Positions 1 through 10,224 of a stretch of DNA of 64,000 nucleotides are shown piece after piece. The translations under genes and the position numbers were made by a program. Source of the DNA: an uncultured delta proteobacterium (GTDB lineage: Bacteria > Desulfobacterota > Syntrophia > Syntrophales > UBA2185). Position 1 is the stretch's first letter, and each line of letters starts with the position of its first letter. The notes beneath the pieces are model-generated. The model made no database searches. It saw nothing but the letters and a program-made list of their open reading frames with translations, and was not told the origin of the DNA. The stretch lies in NCBI GenBank assembly GCA_963695875.1, contig CAVOID010000009.1:64001-128000 (forward strand). Reading direction: 5' to 3'.

Positions 1-615
1 GGCCTGATCTTAGATCTTAGAAATAATCCCGGCGGTTTATTGAATCAGGCAATAGGAGTCACTGACATCTTTCTGAAATCAGGAATCATTGTTTCCACCA
101 AAGGAAGGACAAAAAGCATGGAATCCCAATCGGTTGCAAAAGACGATGGTGATGAACCAAAGTGCCCTATGGTTGTTCTGGTTAATGAAGGTACCGCCAG
201 TGCTTCTGAGATTGTATCCGGAGCACTTCAAGATAACGGGAGAGCTTTGGTGATCGGCACCCAAACTTTCGGAAAAGGGTCCGTACAAACAGTAATTCCT
301 CTGGAAGAAGGATCTGCCCTGAAACTGACCACAGCAAAATATTACACACCAAATGGACGATCAATACAAGCTGAAGGAATAAAACCAGATATCATTGTAA
401 AATATATCAGACCCTCTGAAGACAGGGAATTAACGGACGAATTTATCAGGGAGCGGGACCTGAAGGGTCACATAAAGTCAAAAAAAGAACAGGAAACGAA
501 TACTGAAGAATCTTTAAGAAGAGAGCAGGACATTTTAATACAGGACAATCAGCTGAAAAGTGCCATAGATATCATCAAAAGTTGGGATATTATGAAAAAG
601 AACTTGAAAAGCTGA
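1..615 (+). CDS. ctpA: Carboxy-terminal processing protease, S41 family (5' truncated by window edge)
   Basis: Frame open from base 1 (GLILDLRNNPGG); catalytic motifs TASASEI and TFGKGSVQ; KLTTAKYYTPNGRSIQ. Confidence 0.93.
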   Translation, partial: GLILDLRNNPGGLLNQAIGVTDIFLKSGIIVSTKGRTKSMESQSVAKDDGDEPKCPMVVLVNEGTASASEIVSGALQDNGRALVIGTQTFGKGSVQTVIPLEEGSALKLTTAKYYTPNGRSIQAEGIKPDIIVKYIRPSEDRELTDEFIRERDLKGHIKSKKEQETNTEESLRREQDILIQDNQLKSAIDIIKSWDIMKKNLKS

Positions 616-640
616 CTTGTAACATAATCCTTGTAAGCCA

Positions 641-1523
641 ATGATAAGAATGGCGGGAAAAGGAGGGTGGGCAGGGTTTGTAATAATTTTATCAGTTATC
701 AGAGCTGTTTTTATGCTTTATATTCATAAAGCTTCGTACCGAGAGGTGACAGAACAAAAGCATTCTCTAAAAAAGAAACAGCGGAACGTTCTAAAAGAAG
801 CTCCCGTAAGTGTTTTGTCTGAAAAGAATGAAACAGATATAACAGTCCATAACGATAAAATAACCTCCGCAAGAAAAAGGAGCACCATTGTAATAGATGA
901 CGTCGATTATGATCTATCGCCATTGCATGAACTTTTTACAATAGATGCCCTTCCAACCTTTGCCATCCTCCTTGGCTATGCACATTCCGTAGACGCCGTA
1001 AATATTTTACGTAGTTCGAAGAGAGAAATCCTTATACACCTATCAATGGAACCGTATAATCACCCGGATGAACAAACTGACGTGCGGAGCTATCTTGTTG
1101 TGTATGAGCGATCATCAAATCAGAAAAGCGTCGGAATAAGATATTGATGCAATTATTTATGCCTCTAATATACAGTGGGTTCTAAGTTCATGGAGTATGA
1201 TTCGAAACCAACTGTTGTATTTACTCACCTTAGAGAAAGAAATTTTTATTATAGACAGCCGAACAAGTGAGCTTGTACGGGCCCGGAAGTTGCAAGAAAC
1301 CTAAACTGCGCTTTATCTTGAGAAAGGTATTCGTTGACTATAACCATGATTAGATGACAACTTCTCAAAATCTGTCAAATTTCATCAGCAGGGGGTCCCT
1401 TCAAAAATTAGAAGTCTAACAATGATCGGATGTCCTTATGCGGAAATTATTGACACGTTGTGAAGAGACCTTACCTACTCTGCTGATGGCACTGATGTCA
1501 TGCCTGCATCCTCTTCACTTTAG
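641..1523 (+). pseudogene. Degenerate divergent polysaccharide deacetylase (YibQ/DUF610-like)
   Basis: Eroded family motifs across several frames: IVIDDVD, PTFAIL, ILIHLSMEP, GSKFME, IDSRT, RKVFVD; stops and frameshifts after ~1080; usual position downstream of ctpA. Confidence 0.75.
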
Positions 1524-1603
1524 TGAGTTACAAGGCTGTTAACGATCAACCGTTCAGTATCAGTTATGCGGAGTTCTTGCTGACAGAAGATCGGGCGGCA
1601 CAA

Positions 1604-3118
1604 ATGAATAATATGAGGAACAAATTGAACAAGAAATGTTTGATGATCATAATTTTATGGTTTCTTACCGGGTGCGTGTTTTATCCGGCCAAGGGGAAAG
1701 ATATGGCTGTCCTGATGGGGAAAGAGATGCCATCATCCGACTCGACATATCATTACTCTCTCGGCGTTTTGCGCATTCTTGATGAAAATCTTGATGAAGC
1801 CATAAATGAATATGAAAAAGCCTTGAGTTATGATCCTCAATCTCCATACCTTACATCGGAACTTATATCCCTTTACATTGAAAAAGGCGAGATACAAAAG
1901 GCCATCACACTTAGTAAAAAAACTCTGATTAACAACCCAGGCAATATAAATGCCCACCTTCTCCTGGGCGGGCTGTACCTGAATATGAAAGATTATAAAA
2001 ATGCCATTGATGAATACGAGAGAGTAATTAAGATCGATCCAAGAAATACAGTTTCCTATTTATATCTCGGCACCATCTATGCGGAAAACAAAAACTATGG
2101 AAAGGCCTTCCAGGCCTTTAATAATCTGATCAGTATCAATCCCGACCATCTCATGGGTAATTATTACCTAGCCAAAATGTTAACTGAAATGAAACGCTAC
2201 GAAGATGCAGAACAACGCTTCAAAAAGACGCTTGTCATAAAACCTACCTTTGAGCCAGCACTAATCGATTTAGGACTTTTATATCTTGAAAAAGGTAAGC
2301 ATGACCAGGCTATTGATGAATTTTCTACTTTACTAAGAAATAATCCTAATGATCACAGGGCCAGATATTTGCTGGCCTCAACGTTTGAAGATAAGAAGGA
2401 GCACAATAAGGCTATTGAAGAATTTAAGATGATCCCGGTGGATTCAGAACTTTACGGATACGCACGGATTAATATAGGAACGATTCTGAAAAAGGGGGGC
2501 AGGATTGATGAGGCAATAGAATTAATGAAAACGGCCATTCATAACAATAAGAAGATGCCCGGCCTTTACGTTTATCTTTCCTCCCTTTATGAGGAAAGCA
2601 AAAAACTTTCATCCACTGAAGAAATATTAAAAGAAGGACTCCTAGTATCGCCACAGAGCATTGACCTGCATTATAGTCTTGGTGTTCTTTATGAAAAGAC
2701 GAACCGTTTTGAGGAGAGCATTAATGAAATGGAGTTAGTTTTGAAAATCGACCCCGATAACGCAGAAGCTCTTAATTTCATAGGTTATACGTTTGCCGAA
2801 AAGGGCATACATCTTGACGAAGCAGAGAAGATGATTAAGAAAGCTCTCTATTTGAAACCAGGCAATGGCTATATGATTGACAGCCTTGGCTGGGTATATT
2901 TTAGACAAAGTAGAACTGATCTGGCTATAAAATATCTAAAAGAGGCATTCACCATTACACCAAACGACGCAACTATTGCCGAACACTTAGGTGATGCCTA
3001 TAGAAAGGCAGGCAGAGTCACTGAGGCAATTGAAATATACAAACGGGCATTGAAATTGAATCCCAATAATAATCTGCAAAAAAAGATAGATGAACTCATA
3101 AAAGAAAAAAGACCGTGA
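1604..3118 (+). CDS. Multi-TPR lipoprotein
   Basis: Lipobox-like FLTGC, many TPR repeats, C-terminal ALNFIGY...DSLGWVYF...EHLGD signature; start uncertain (1523/1604/1613). Confidence 0.85.
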   Translation: MNNMRNKLNKKCLMIIILWFLTGCVFYPAKGKDMAVLMGKEMPSSDSTYHYSLGVLRILDENLDEAINEYEKALSYDPQSPYLTSELISLYIEKGEIQKAITLSKKTLINNPGNINAHLLLGGLYLNMKDYKNAIDEYERVIKIDPRNTVSYLYLGTIYAENKNYGKAFQAFNNLISINPDHLMGNYYLAKMLTEMKRYEDAEQRFKKTLVIKPTFEPALIDLGLLYLEKGKHDQAIDEFSTLLRNNPNDHRARYLLASTFEDKKEHNKAIEEFKMIPVDSELYGYARINIGTILKKGGRIDEAIELMKTAIHNNKKMPGLYVYLSSLYEESKKLSSTEEILKEGLLVSPQSIDLHYSLGVLYEKTNRFEESINEMELVLKIDPDNAEALNFIGYTFAEKGIHLDEAEKMIKKALYLKPGNGYMIDSLGWVYFRQSRTDLAIKYLKEAFTITPNDATIAEHLGDAYRKAGRVTEAIEIYKRALKLNPNNNLQKKIDELIKEKRP

Positions 3119-3930
3119 TGATTAAGATATTGCCATCCATTTTTTTCGTCCTATCATTTTTTTTTATTTTTCCAGGATGTAGCATAAAGCAAACGTTACT
3201 ATTTAACAAATTCTCAAAAGATGACTTACCCTCTCCTCATGTAATCCTGGAAGAGGTTGACCGGGATGATCACCGCAAAAACACGCTGAAAGCCATTGCA
3301 CATGTTGAAGTGAATACTTCTGAGGGGAGATACCCGCTGAAAGTTGCCGTGATGCTGAAAAGACCATCCTCACTGAGATTAGAGGTAATACCTTTCATAG
3401 GCTCACCGAATCTCCTCTTAACTGTTCATGAAAAGTTGTTGAAGGTTTTTCTGCCACAGAAAGGTGAATTTTACATTGGGCAGGCGACGACAAAAAATTT
3501 GGGACGTTTCTTACCTATCTTTACTAAGGGACTTCAGGTAGAAGACATCACGTCTATCCTCCTCGGTACACATTCTAATATAATAGGAAAAGCTATTACT
3601 CTGAATGGTTCTGCCGAAGACGACCTTTATCACATTGACGTACTATCTGAAAACAGAAAAATTCTCTCCATATGGATAGATATGGAATACCATATGGTAA
3701 TGGTCGAATCATTTGCCCGTGATAGCTCCCGACTCTATAGCGCCAGATATATGGAGCACAACAGCATTGGAAGTGTAACCATGCCCCAGAAGGTTATGAT
3801 TGTAACGGGAGATGACGATAATGAAAACATTATAATTCGTTACTCCGATATGGAGGTAGCAACAGGGATTGATGTAACTCAGTTTGATCTTCAACCACCT
3901 CCTGGCATCAGACCTGTTTATCTGGACTGA
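3115..3930 (+). CDS. LolB-like / DUF4292-like lipoprotein
   Basis: Signal peptide ending IFPGC, KRPSSLRLE and MPQKVMI beta-rich pattern; overlaps the TPR gene stop. Confidence 0.6.
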   Translation: MMIKILPSIFFVLSFFFIFPGCSIKQTLLFNKFSKDDLPSPHVILEEVDRDDHRKNTLKAIAHVEVNTSEGRYPLKVAVMLKRPSSLRLEVIPFIGSPNLLLTVHEKLLKVFLPQKGEFYIGQATTKNLGRFLPIFTKGLQVEDITSILLGTHSNIIGKAITLNGSAEDDLYHIDVLSENRKILSIWIDMEYHMVMVESFARDSSRLYSARYMEHNSIGSVTMPQKVMIVTGDDDNENIIIRYSDMEVATGIDVTQFDLQPPPGIRPVYLD

Positions 3931-3975
3931 TACATTAAGAAACTACAAGAGGTATGAAGAACTCGTTCTAATCTG

Positions 3976-4785
3976 TCACTTTATTTCAACTAACTTTTCC
4001 CTTGCTATTCTTGCCTGGTTGGTGTTGGGGTAATTCTTTATTATCTGCTGAAGAATCAGTCTCGCACTTGACTTGTCACCGAGATTTAGAAAAGAGAATC
4101 CCTGTTTTAACAAAGCATACGGAACCTTATTACCCTTTGGGTAGTTTTTGACCACTTTTTCATATTCTACGATAGCCTTTTCATATTTATTATCAAAATA
4201 ATAACACTCCCCTATCCAGAATTGAGCATTATCGGAATATTCTGTGTCAGGATACTGCTTCAGAAAATTTTGAAACTCCACCCTGGCTTTTTCATACTTT
4301 CCTTCCTTAAAAGTTTCATAGGCTAATGCATATATTGATTCCTTGTCCGTTTTCCCTTTCACGGCATTTTTTGTGGCGATCCTTCCTGTTTTATCACTCT
4401 CAGAGTGGTTCTCCTTTTTTCCAATATCGAGAAAGTTTTCTATAAAATTTATCTTAAATGATACATTATCCAGCTTTTCTCTTATTTCCTTCAGTACTGA
4501 GATGTCCTTTTTTAATCCTTCAGTAATCCCTTTCAAGCTCTGGATGCTGTCTTTCATTTCATTGATATTGGCATTGATTTCAGCCTGACTTTTTCGTAAA
4601 GCGGCTGTCGATTCATTCAGCTTTTCAACATCCTTTCGGACACCTGTATTATCCTCTTTTAAAGTCAGGACTTTCCGATCGATATCTCCCTGAACCCGCC
4701 GAAGATCACCTGTTGAGGCACATCCCGCAGTGAATGTGAAATACGCGAGCAACAGCAAGGGTACATATTTTTTCAATCGTTCCAT
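3976..4785 (-). CDS. cpoB: Tol-Pal system protein YbgF/CpoB
   Basis: N-terminal coiled coil, C-terminal TPR with NAQFWIGECYY and ALLKQG; directly after pal. Confidence 0.92.
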   Translation of the reverse strand: MERLKKYVPLLLLAYFTFTAGCASTGDLRRVQGDIDRKVLTLKEDNTGVRKDVEKLNESTAALRKSQAEINANINEMKDSIQSLKGITEGLKKDISVLKEIREKLDNVSFKINFIENFLDIGKKENHSESDKTGRIATKNAVKGKTDKESIYALAYETFKEGKYEKARVEFQNFLKQYPDTEYSDNAQFWIGECYYFDNKYEKAIVEYEKVVKNYPKGNKVPYALLKQGFSFLNLGDKSSARLILQQIIKNYPNTNQARIAREKLVEIK

Positions 4786-4800
4786 CTCCCAATCATGTCG

Positions 4801-5361
4801 CTATTTCTTAGGCGTCACGACAAAATGGTCTCTCCTGTTTTTTGCCCAAGCTTCTTCGTTGTGTCCCGGATCCAAGGGTCTTTCCTTACCATAACTTATC
4901 GTTTTTAACCTTTTCCCATCAATCCCAAGTTCAACAAGATATTTCATGGCTTCCTTTGCGCGTCTTTCGCCAAGCGCAAGGTTGTACTCAGTCGTTCCTC
5001 TTTCATCACAATTTCCTTCAATGAGCACATCATAATTCTTGTTTTTAGTGAGCCAATCTGCGAGCTGTTTAAGAATGTCCCTGGCTTCAGTCCTGAGATT
5101 GAATTTATCAAATTCAAACTGAATATCTTTAAACGCGATTTCCTCTTTTGCGGAAACCGCCTTCTCTTGCGTTGCTTCTGTCTCAACACCTGTCTTCATT
5201 TCCGCTTCTTTTGAGGGAGGTTCTTCTTTCTTAACGGCTTTCTCTTCAGTGGAGACCGCCTGTTCTTTTACAAGCGACTTTTTGGCACATCCGGTCATAA
5301 ACATAATCGAAAGGCACAGTACTAAACCAATTATCCCTAATATTTTAAAATTCCTTTTCAT
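4801..5361 (-). CDS. pal: Peptidoglycan-associated lipoprotein Pal
   Basis: Lipobox MTGC, IEGNCDERGTTEYNLALGERRA, ISYGKERP, AWAKNRR; AGGAG RBS before ATG 5361. Confidence 0.96.
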   Translation of the reverse strand: MKRNFKILGIIGLVLCLSIMFMTGCAKKSLVKEQAVSTEEKAVKKEEPPSKEAEMKTGVETEATQEKAVSAKEEIAFKDIQFEFDKFNLRTEARDILKQLADWLTKNKNYDVLIEGNCDERGTTEYNLALGERRAKEAMKYLVELGIDGKRLKTISYGKERPLDPGHNEEAWAKNRRDHFVVTPKK

Positions 5362-5627
5362 TATGCTATCTCCTTTCTCAATTGGTTGAAAATCGGGTAT
5401 TACTAATTTAAAACCTTCTAAACCACAAACCAACTCAAAGGTCAATCACAAAAATTCCAAGTTTTACTTTTTTGCATTCACAACAAATAGTTACATTTCC
5501 ACGCACATAGTTACATCAGAGTCTCTTATAATAAAGATTAATTCTGAAGAGAGGATTTACTGCATGACAAGTCATTATTTTCAGAAAGACCGGCTCATCA
5601 GTTTGCAAGAGATCTTTTTTGTCATGC

Positions 5628-6968
5628 TCATTTCTTCCTAGGTGACCAGGAGGGGCTGATACAGCCACTGACATTTTCATACAATATCCTCATGTTTGAT
5701 CCATTTGCATTCATTACATAAATTCTATGTTTACCGTTTCCCCTTGAACTGAATACCAAATATCTACCATCCGGAGACCACGAAGGGGATTCATGGTTCA
5801 TGTTGTCAAAAGTGAGTTGCAACGGATTGCTGCCATCCTCATTGACAGAAAATATTTGGAAGCGGCTGTTAATCAACCCTTCATAAGCAATTCTGTCACC
5901 CCTTGGCGACCAGGATGGAGACGTATTATAATTTCCATCGTAAGTAAGTCTTTTAACATTGTTCCCGTCGGCATCCATTATGTATATTTGAGGCGAACCG
6001 GAACGATTCGAAACAAAAGCAATTTTCCGGTTATCAGGTGACCAGGTAGGGGAGACATCGATGGCAAAATTCTTGGTGAGACGCTTAAGATTCCTATTAT
6101 TGATATCCATAATATAAAGATTTTCATTGCCATCCTTGCTTAGGGTTAACAATAGCTTTTTGCCATCATTCGACCAGGAACCAGACAGATTGATCCCTTC
6201 AAAACCTGCAACCTTCTCAGCCTTTGCACTATTAATGGCTTTTATATAGAGATCAGGATTTCCATCCTTATAAGATGTAAATGAAATATATTTACCGTCA
6301 GGTGACCAGCGTGGCGACAGGGTCAGAGACTGGTGATTAGTAACTCTGGCGAGATCGGTCCCATCGAAGTTGATGGTATAGATACTTGAAGTTTGGCCCT
6401 TCTTCAGTACAAACGCAATCTTTGTGTCAAATACACCTTTATCCCCTGTCAGAGCATAAAGAATTTCACCTGCAAACTTGCGCACCATTTCGCTCTTGTC
6501 CTCAATCGTTCCAGTGTATCGTTTGGCGGTGATTACTTCTCCCTTTATTACATCATAAAGACGAAATTCGGTAACAAGTTCCTTGCCGCTATATAGGTAA
6601 GAACCTTTTACCAGGTATTCTGCTCCAATGGCAGTCCAGTCAGCAAACCTGATACCCTCCGCCGTTGAACCAGTCTGTTTTTGATTTTCAAGAAAAGCAT
6701 TTTTGCTTATTATGTTAAAGAATCCTGTCATATTCAGATATTTTGCTAGGTTATCGGAAAACCAGATTGAGAGGTCGAGTTGACGACTTTCCTCACCCGC
6801 TCTCTTAAAATCTGTGATGGCAATGGGAAATTTTTGAAAGGCAGGAGAATTGATGTCTATATACACCTTGCCGAAGGCGCTGAAGTCCGCACATAGTAGG
6901 ATGAGTAATATATACACCGAGCACACAATCAATTTTAAAAAACATCTGCTGATTCTATCGTTGTGCAT
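5628..6968 (-). CDS. tolB: Tol-Pal beta-propeller protein TolB
   Basis: TolB N-domain plus repeated P-x-WSPDG propeller blades; operon context. Confidence 0.96.
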   Translation of the reverse strand: MHNDRISRCFLKLIVCSVYILLILLCADFSAFGKVYIDINSPAFQKFPIAITDFKRAGEESRQLDLSIWFSDNLAKYLNMTGFFNIISKNAFLENQKQTGSTAEGIRFADWTAIGAEYLVKGSYLYSGKELVTEFRLYDVIKGEVITAKRYTGTIEDKSEMVRKFAGEILYALTGDKGVFDTKIAFVLKKGQTSSIYTINFDGTDLARVTNHQSLTLSPRWSPDGKYISFTSYKDGNPDLYIKAINSAKAEKVAGFEGINLSGSWSNDGKKLLLTLSKDGNENLYIMDINNRNLKRLTKNFAIDVSPTWSPDNRKIAFVSNRSGSPQIYIMDADGNNVKRLTYDGNYNTSPSWSPRGDRIAYEGLINSRFQIFSVNEDGSNPLQLTFDNMNHESPSWSPDGRYLVFSSRGNGKHRIYVMNANGSNMRILYENVSGCISPSWSPRKK

Positions 6969-7011
6969 AATTGTAATAAAAAACCCTTTATTTACAGTTC
7001 TTCAAATTTTT

Positions 7012-7725
7012 TTATCTGAATTCCGATGAATGGAACCTGATGCCCACAGCGATGCTGTTATCTTTAATCCATTGTGGCAGAGGAGGAAAAGGACTTGCTT
7101 TTTTTATAGCCTTCATTGCTGATTCATCAAAATATCGATTACCCGAATGTTTTTCAAAGCTCATATCTGCCACAGCACCATTCTTTAGTATCCTCGCCTG
7201 GATAATGGCTTCGATATTTGCCTTTGGTAATATACCCTGAGGTAATGCCCATTTCCCCTTGATTCTGGACCAGATTGATGTGTAATACGCGTTCATCTCT
7301 CCACCAGATTCCGCATTATCCATCCGGTCTGATTGTGCTTGCGAATTAGGCGCACTTGCCGAAGAACCCACCTTCTTTCTAATATCATCGATTGCTCTAT
7401 CAACATTACTACTCTGTTTTTTTTTAACATCAATTCTTTTAATCGGGACAGATGAAATGGTATCAATGCGCTTTTTCAAAACGGAAGAATGATCATTGGG
7501 AATTGTTTCACTGATTGATCTCGAAAACGCTGTTGCCGCTTTTTGCGCTTGTAAAAATTCAGAGGAACCAATCAGATTCACGGAATAAACAGGACCGAAG
7601 GTCCAGCTTGGAGAGGGAAGCGAAGGTGAAAAGAAAATAATAGTCAGCACAATGGTATGAATTAATAGAGATATAAAAATCATCCTATTGAAGCTGATAT
7701 CATTGCCATCTTGCTCCTGTATCAT
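7012..7725 (-). CDS. tolA: TolA/TonB-family energy transducer
   Basis: N-terminal TM with SLLIH motif, C-terminal SGNRYFDESAMKAIKKASPFPPLP; between tolR and tolB. Confidence 0.8.
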   Translation of the reverse strand: MIQEQDGNDISFNRMIFISLLIHTIVLTIIFFSPSLPSPSWTFGPVYSVNLIGSSEFLQAQKAATAFSRSISETIPNDHSSVLKKRIDTISSVPIKRIDVKKKQSSNVDRAIDDIRKKVGSSASAPNSQAQSDRMDNAESGGEMNAYYTSIWSRIKGKWALPQGILPKANIEAIIQARILKNGAVADMSFEKHSGNRYFDESAMKAIKKASPFPPLPQWIKDNSIAVGIRFHSSEFR

Positions 7726-7745
7726 CCTGCATCATCCTGGATATG

Positions 7746-8169
7746 TCATCTTGATTCATTTGGTGGTTCTGTGATCATCCCCAGTCTATCAACACCGGCT
7801 TTTCTAACTGCGGACATCACTTCAACCACAAACCCATAAGGAACATTCTTGTCAGCCCGCATAAAAACTTCTCTATCAATCCTGTTGGCAAATATACTTT
7901 CCAGTTTTGCACCGAGATCAGTAATAGATGTCTTATTCTTGTTTATATATATCTCTTTTCCACTGTTAATCGTCAGTATAAGTTTTTCCTCTGTCACATC
8001 AATACTCTTAGACTTAACACGGGGAAGATTTACATCTATACCCATCTGAAGCATCGGGGCTGTTACCATAAATATTATCAATAAGCACCAGAACGACATC
8101 GACAAGAGGGGTGACATTGATATCGGCTATAAGCTTGCTTTCATTATTACGTTTTCTTCCGGATCTCAT
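7746..8169 (-). CDS. tolR: TolR (single frameshift near 8085, probably sequencing error)
   Basis: ATG 8169 gives MRSGRK...ADINVTPLVDVVLV, continuing in another frame as LLIIFMVTAPM...RADKNVPYG. Confidence 0.93.
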
Positions 8170-8176
8170 AAATGCT

Positions 8177-8926
8177 CTATTTTTTCACATAGTATCGTTC
8201 AATGATATTTAATACTTCGGAAGCAAAGTTGTCCATTTCCATGGAGATATTCTTGACCGTATTGAGGTAATAGTTATAAAAAATGACAGCCGGTATGGCA
8301 GCGGCAAGACCTGCAGCCGTAGCTATAAGCGCCTCGGAAATGCCCGGTGCTACAACTGCCAGGGTTGCTGAGCCTCTTGTACCTATGCCCCTGAATGTAT
8401 CCATAATACCCCAGACTGTTCCAAACAGACCGATAAATGGTGATGCACTTCCCGTTGTTGCCAAGAATCCGAGAGTACTTTCAAGTTTTGTTGTCTCAGA
8501 GCTGCATGCCCTATTTAAGGCTCTCTCGACATTATCTATACCTTTCATCTCCAGTTGAGGCAGAGATGATTCATCTGTTTCTTTAGCTGATGTTGACCCC
8601 CTAATAGCCTTTGTTATCTTGACCAGTTCCGCGTAGCCGGCCTGAAATACTTCGGCAATACACGAGTGTTTGTATTTTTTGGCTTCAGGAAAAATATCAG
8701 AGATCTTATTACTCTTCATATAGACATCTAAGAACATATCATTTTCCCTTTTTACTTTTTTAATTTTTCTATATTTCATAAAAATTATAGCCCATGAAAC
8801 CACAGAAAAAAAGAGCAGCAACAACAGAACAAATTTCACCATCAATCCCGCATCCAGGATCATGTTAAGAAGACTCCCATGGAAATGTCCTCCAAGGCTC
8901 CCAGTAACAGAAGATATCTCTTTCAC
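8177..8926 (-). CDS. tolQ: TolQ
   Basis: LATTGSASPFIGLFGTVWGIM and VAPGISEALIATAAGL motifs. Confidence 0.96.
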   Translation of the reverse strand: MKEISSVTGSLGGHFHGSLLNMILDAGLMVKFVLLLLLFFSVVSWAIIFMKYRKIKKVKRENDMFLDVYMKSNKISDIFPEAKKYKHSCIAEVFQAGYAELVKITKAIRGSTSAKETDESSLPQLEMKGIDNVERALNRACSSETTKLESTLGFLATTGSASPFIGLFGTVWGIMDTFRGIGTRGSATLAVVAPGISEALIATAAGLAAAIPAVIFYNYYLNTVKNISMEMDNFASEVLNIIERYYVKK

Positions 8927-8965
8927 TTTATTTCTCCTAAATTAATCATTAACGGAATTAACTGC

Positions 8966-9173
8966 AACGGCTCTGTAAGAATTCGACATGCTGTATTTGC
9001 GTTTCATTCTTCCCTGTATCAAATACGGCGCAGGCTCTGCAGTGCATGGTCTATATACGCTTCATTCCCCTGGTGAGTTTATCCTGAGTCTGTCAAAGGA
9101 GACAACTTGCTTCTGGACTATTTACGAAGCCGTCTTTTTTTACCTGAATTTGCGACTTTTTACAAGGTCATTA
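8966..9173. repeat. Degenerate MITE/REP-like composite element
   Basis: Imperfect terminal inverted repeats 8966-8985 / 9115-9134 (13/20); a related end at 9154-9173 whose reverse complement matches 21166-21185 at 16/20. Confidence 0.55.
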
Positions 9174-9290
9174 GCTGTAATGGAAAAAAGCAGTCTTGTC
9201 AATAGATTTACGATAAAGACTTTGCAAGAGGGTCCTCGAGAACAATCAACTTTTGAAGGACATAATTAACAGAATATAGAACGGCGAGAA

Positions 9291-10217
9291 TCATAACATA
9301 AGTTCCGGTGTAAAAGTCACAACGTTATCGATGATGGGCGAATCACAAAAAATCATTGCTAATCTATCCACACCGAGCGCAATCCCTGCTGATTCCGGCA
9401 TGGCAATATTATCCTGTAAAAAATGTTCCGGTATCGGATAAACCGATTTGCCGATTGAACGGCGATATTCCTGAACCTTTTTAAATCGTATATGATGCTC
9501 ATCCATATCAATAAGTTCAGAACACGCATTGGCTATCTCTTTCCCTCCTATGTATAACTCAAATCGCTCAGCCACAGCGGGCTCTTCTTTTTTGGCCTTT
9601 GCAAGGGCGGATCCCGATACTGGATAGTCATAGATAAAGGTGGGTTGTTCTAAACCCAGATGAGATTCGATATAGCAGACCATGATCTCGTCGAAGCTGC
9701 TCTCTTTCACAGCTTCTTCCATCGGAACCGGTGCATAACGGGTAAAAGTCTCTCTGACTGATACACTCTTCCACGGCCTTTGCAACCTTATTTTTTTACC
9801 CTGGTAGTGAATCACATCTTCATGACCAAGATTATTGGCTATAGAGATAATTAACTCTTCACACTCCTCCATCAGCAGACGATAGTCCATACCCCGGCAA
9901 TACCACTCCAACATGGTAAATTCAGGAAGATGACATGAACCTCGTTCCCCTTCACGGAAACATTTGCAGATTTGAAATATCCTTGGATAACCTACTGCAA
10001 GCAGTCGCTTCATATATAGTTCGGGAGATGTATGCAAGAACCAACCGCCACAGGAAATTGCGTCTATATGTTGTTCCGGGATTGGTGCCGGAATTAAATT
10101 GGGGGTTTCTACTTCCAGATAATCCTTGTTGACAAAAAAATCCCGTATGGCCCGTAGCATTCTGGCGCGCATCCATAAGGTATCTGATTGCTTTAACAGA
10201 TTTCCGCTATCTTCCAT
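9291..10217 (-). CDS. epmA: EF-P lysine aminoacylase EpmA (GenX/PoxA)
   Basis: LHTSPELYMKRLL, CFREGE..HLPEFTMLEWY, ERFELY, GIALGVDRL; adjacent to efp. Confidence 0.95.
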   Translation of the reverse strand: MEDSGNLLKQSDTLWMRARMLRAIRDFFVNKDYLEVETPNLIPAPIPEQHIDAISCGGWFLHTSPELYMKRLLAVGYPRIFQICKCFREGERGSCHLPEFTMLEWYCRGMDYRLLMEECEELIISIANNLGHEDVIHYQGKKIRLQRPWKSVSVRETFTRYAPVPMEEAVKESSFDEIMVCYIESHLGLEQPTFIYDYPVSGSALAKAKKEEPAVAERFELYIGGKEIANACSELIDMDEHHIRFKKVQEYRRSIGKSVYPIPEHFLQDNIAMPESAGIALGVDRLAMIFCDSPIIDNVVTFTPELML

Positions 10218-10224
10218 CAATAGT

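Noticed and set aside
5562..5627. Hammerhead-like CTGATGAG...GAAA on the minus strand after tolB
   Set aside because: Stem II cannot form (GCCGGTCTTTCT) and no stem III or cleavage triplet fits
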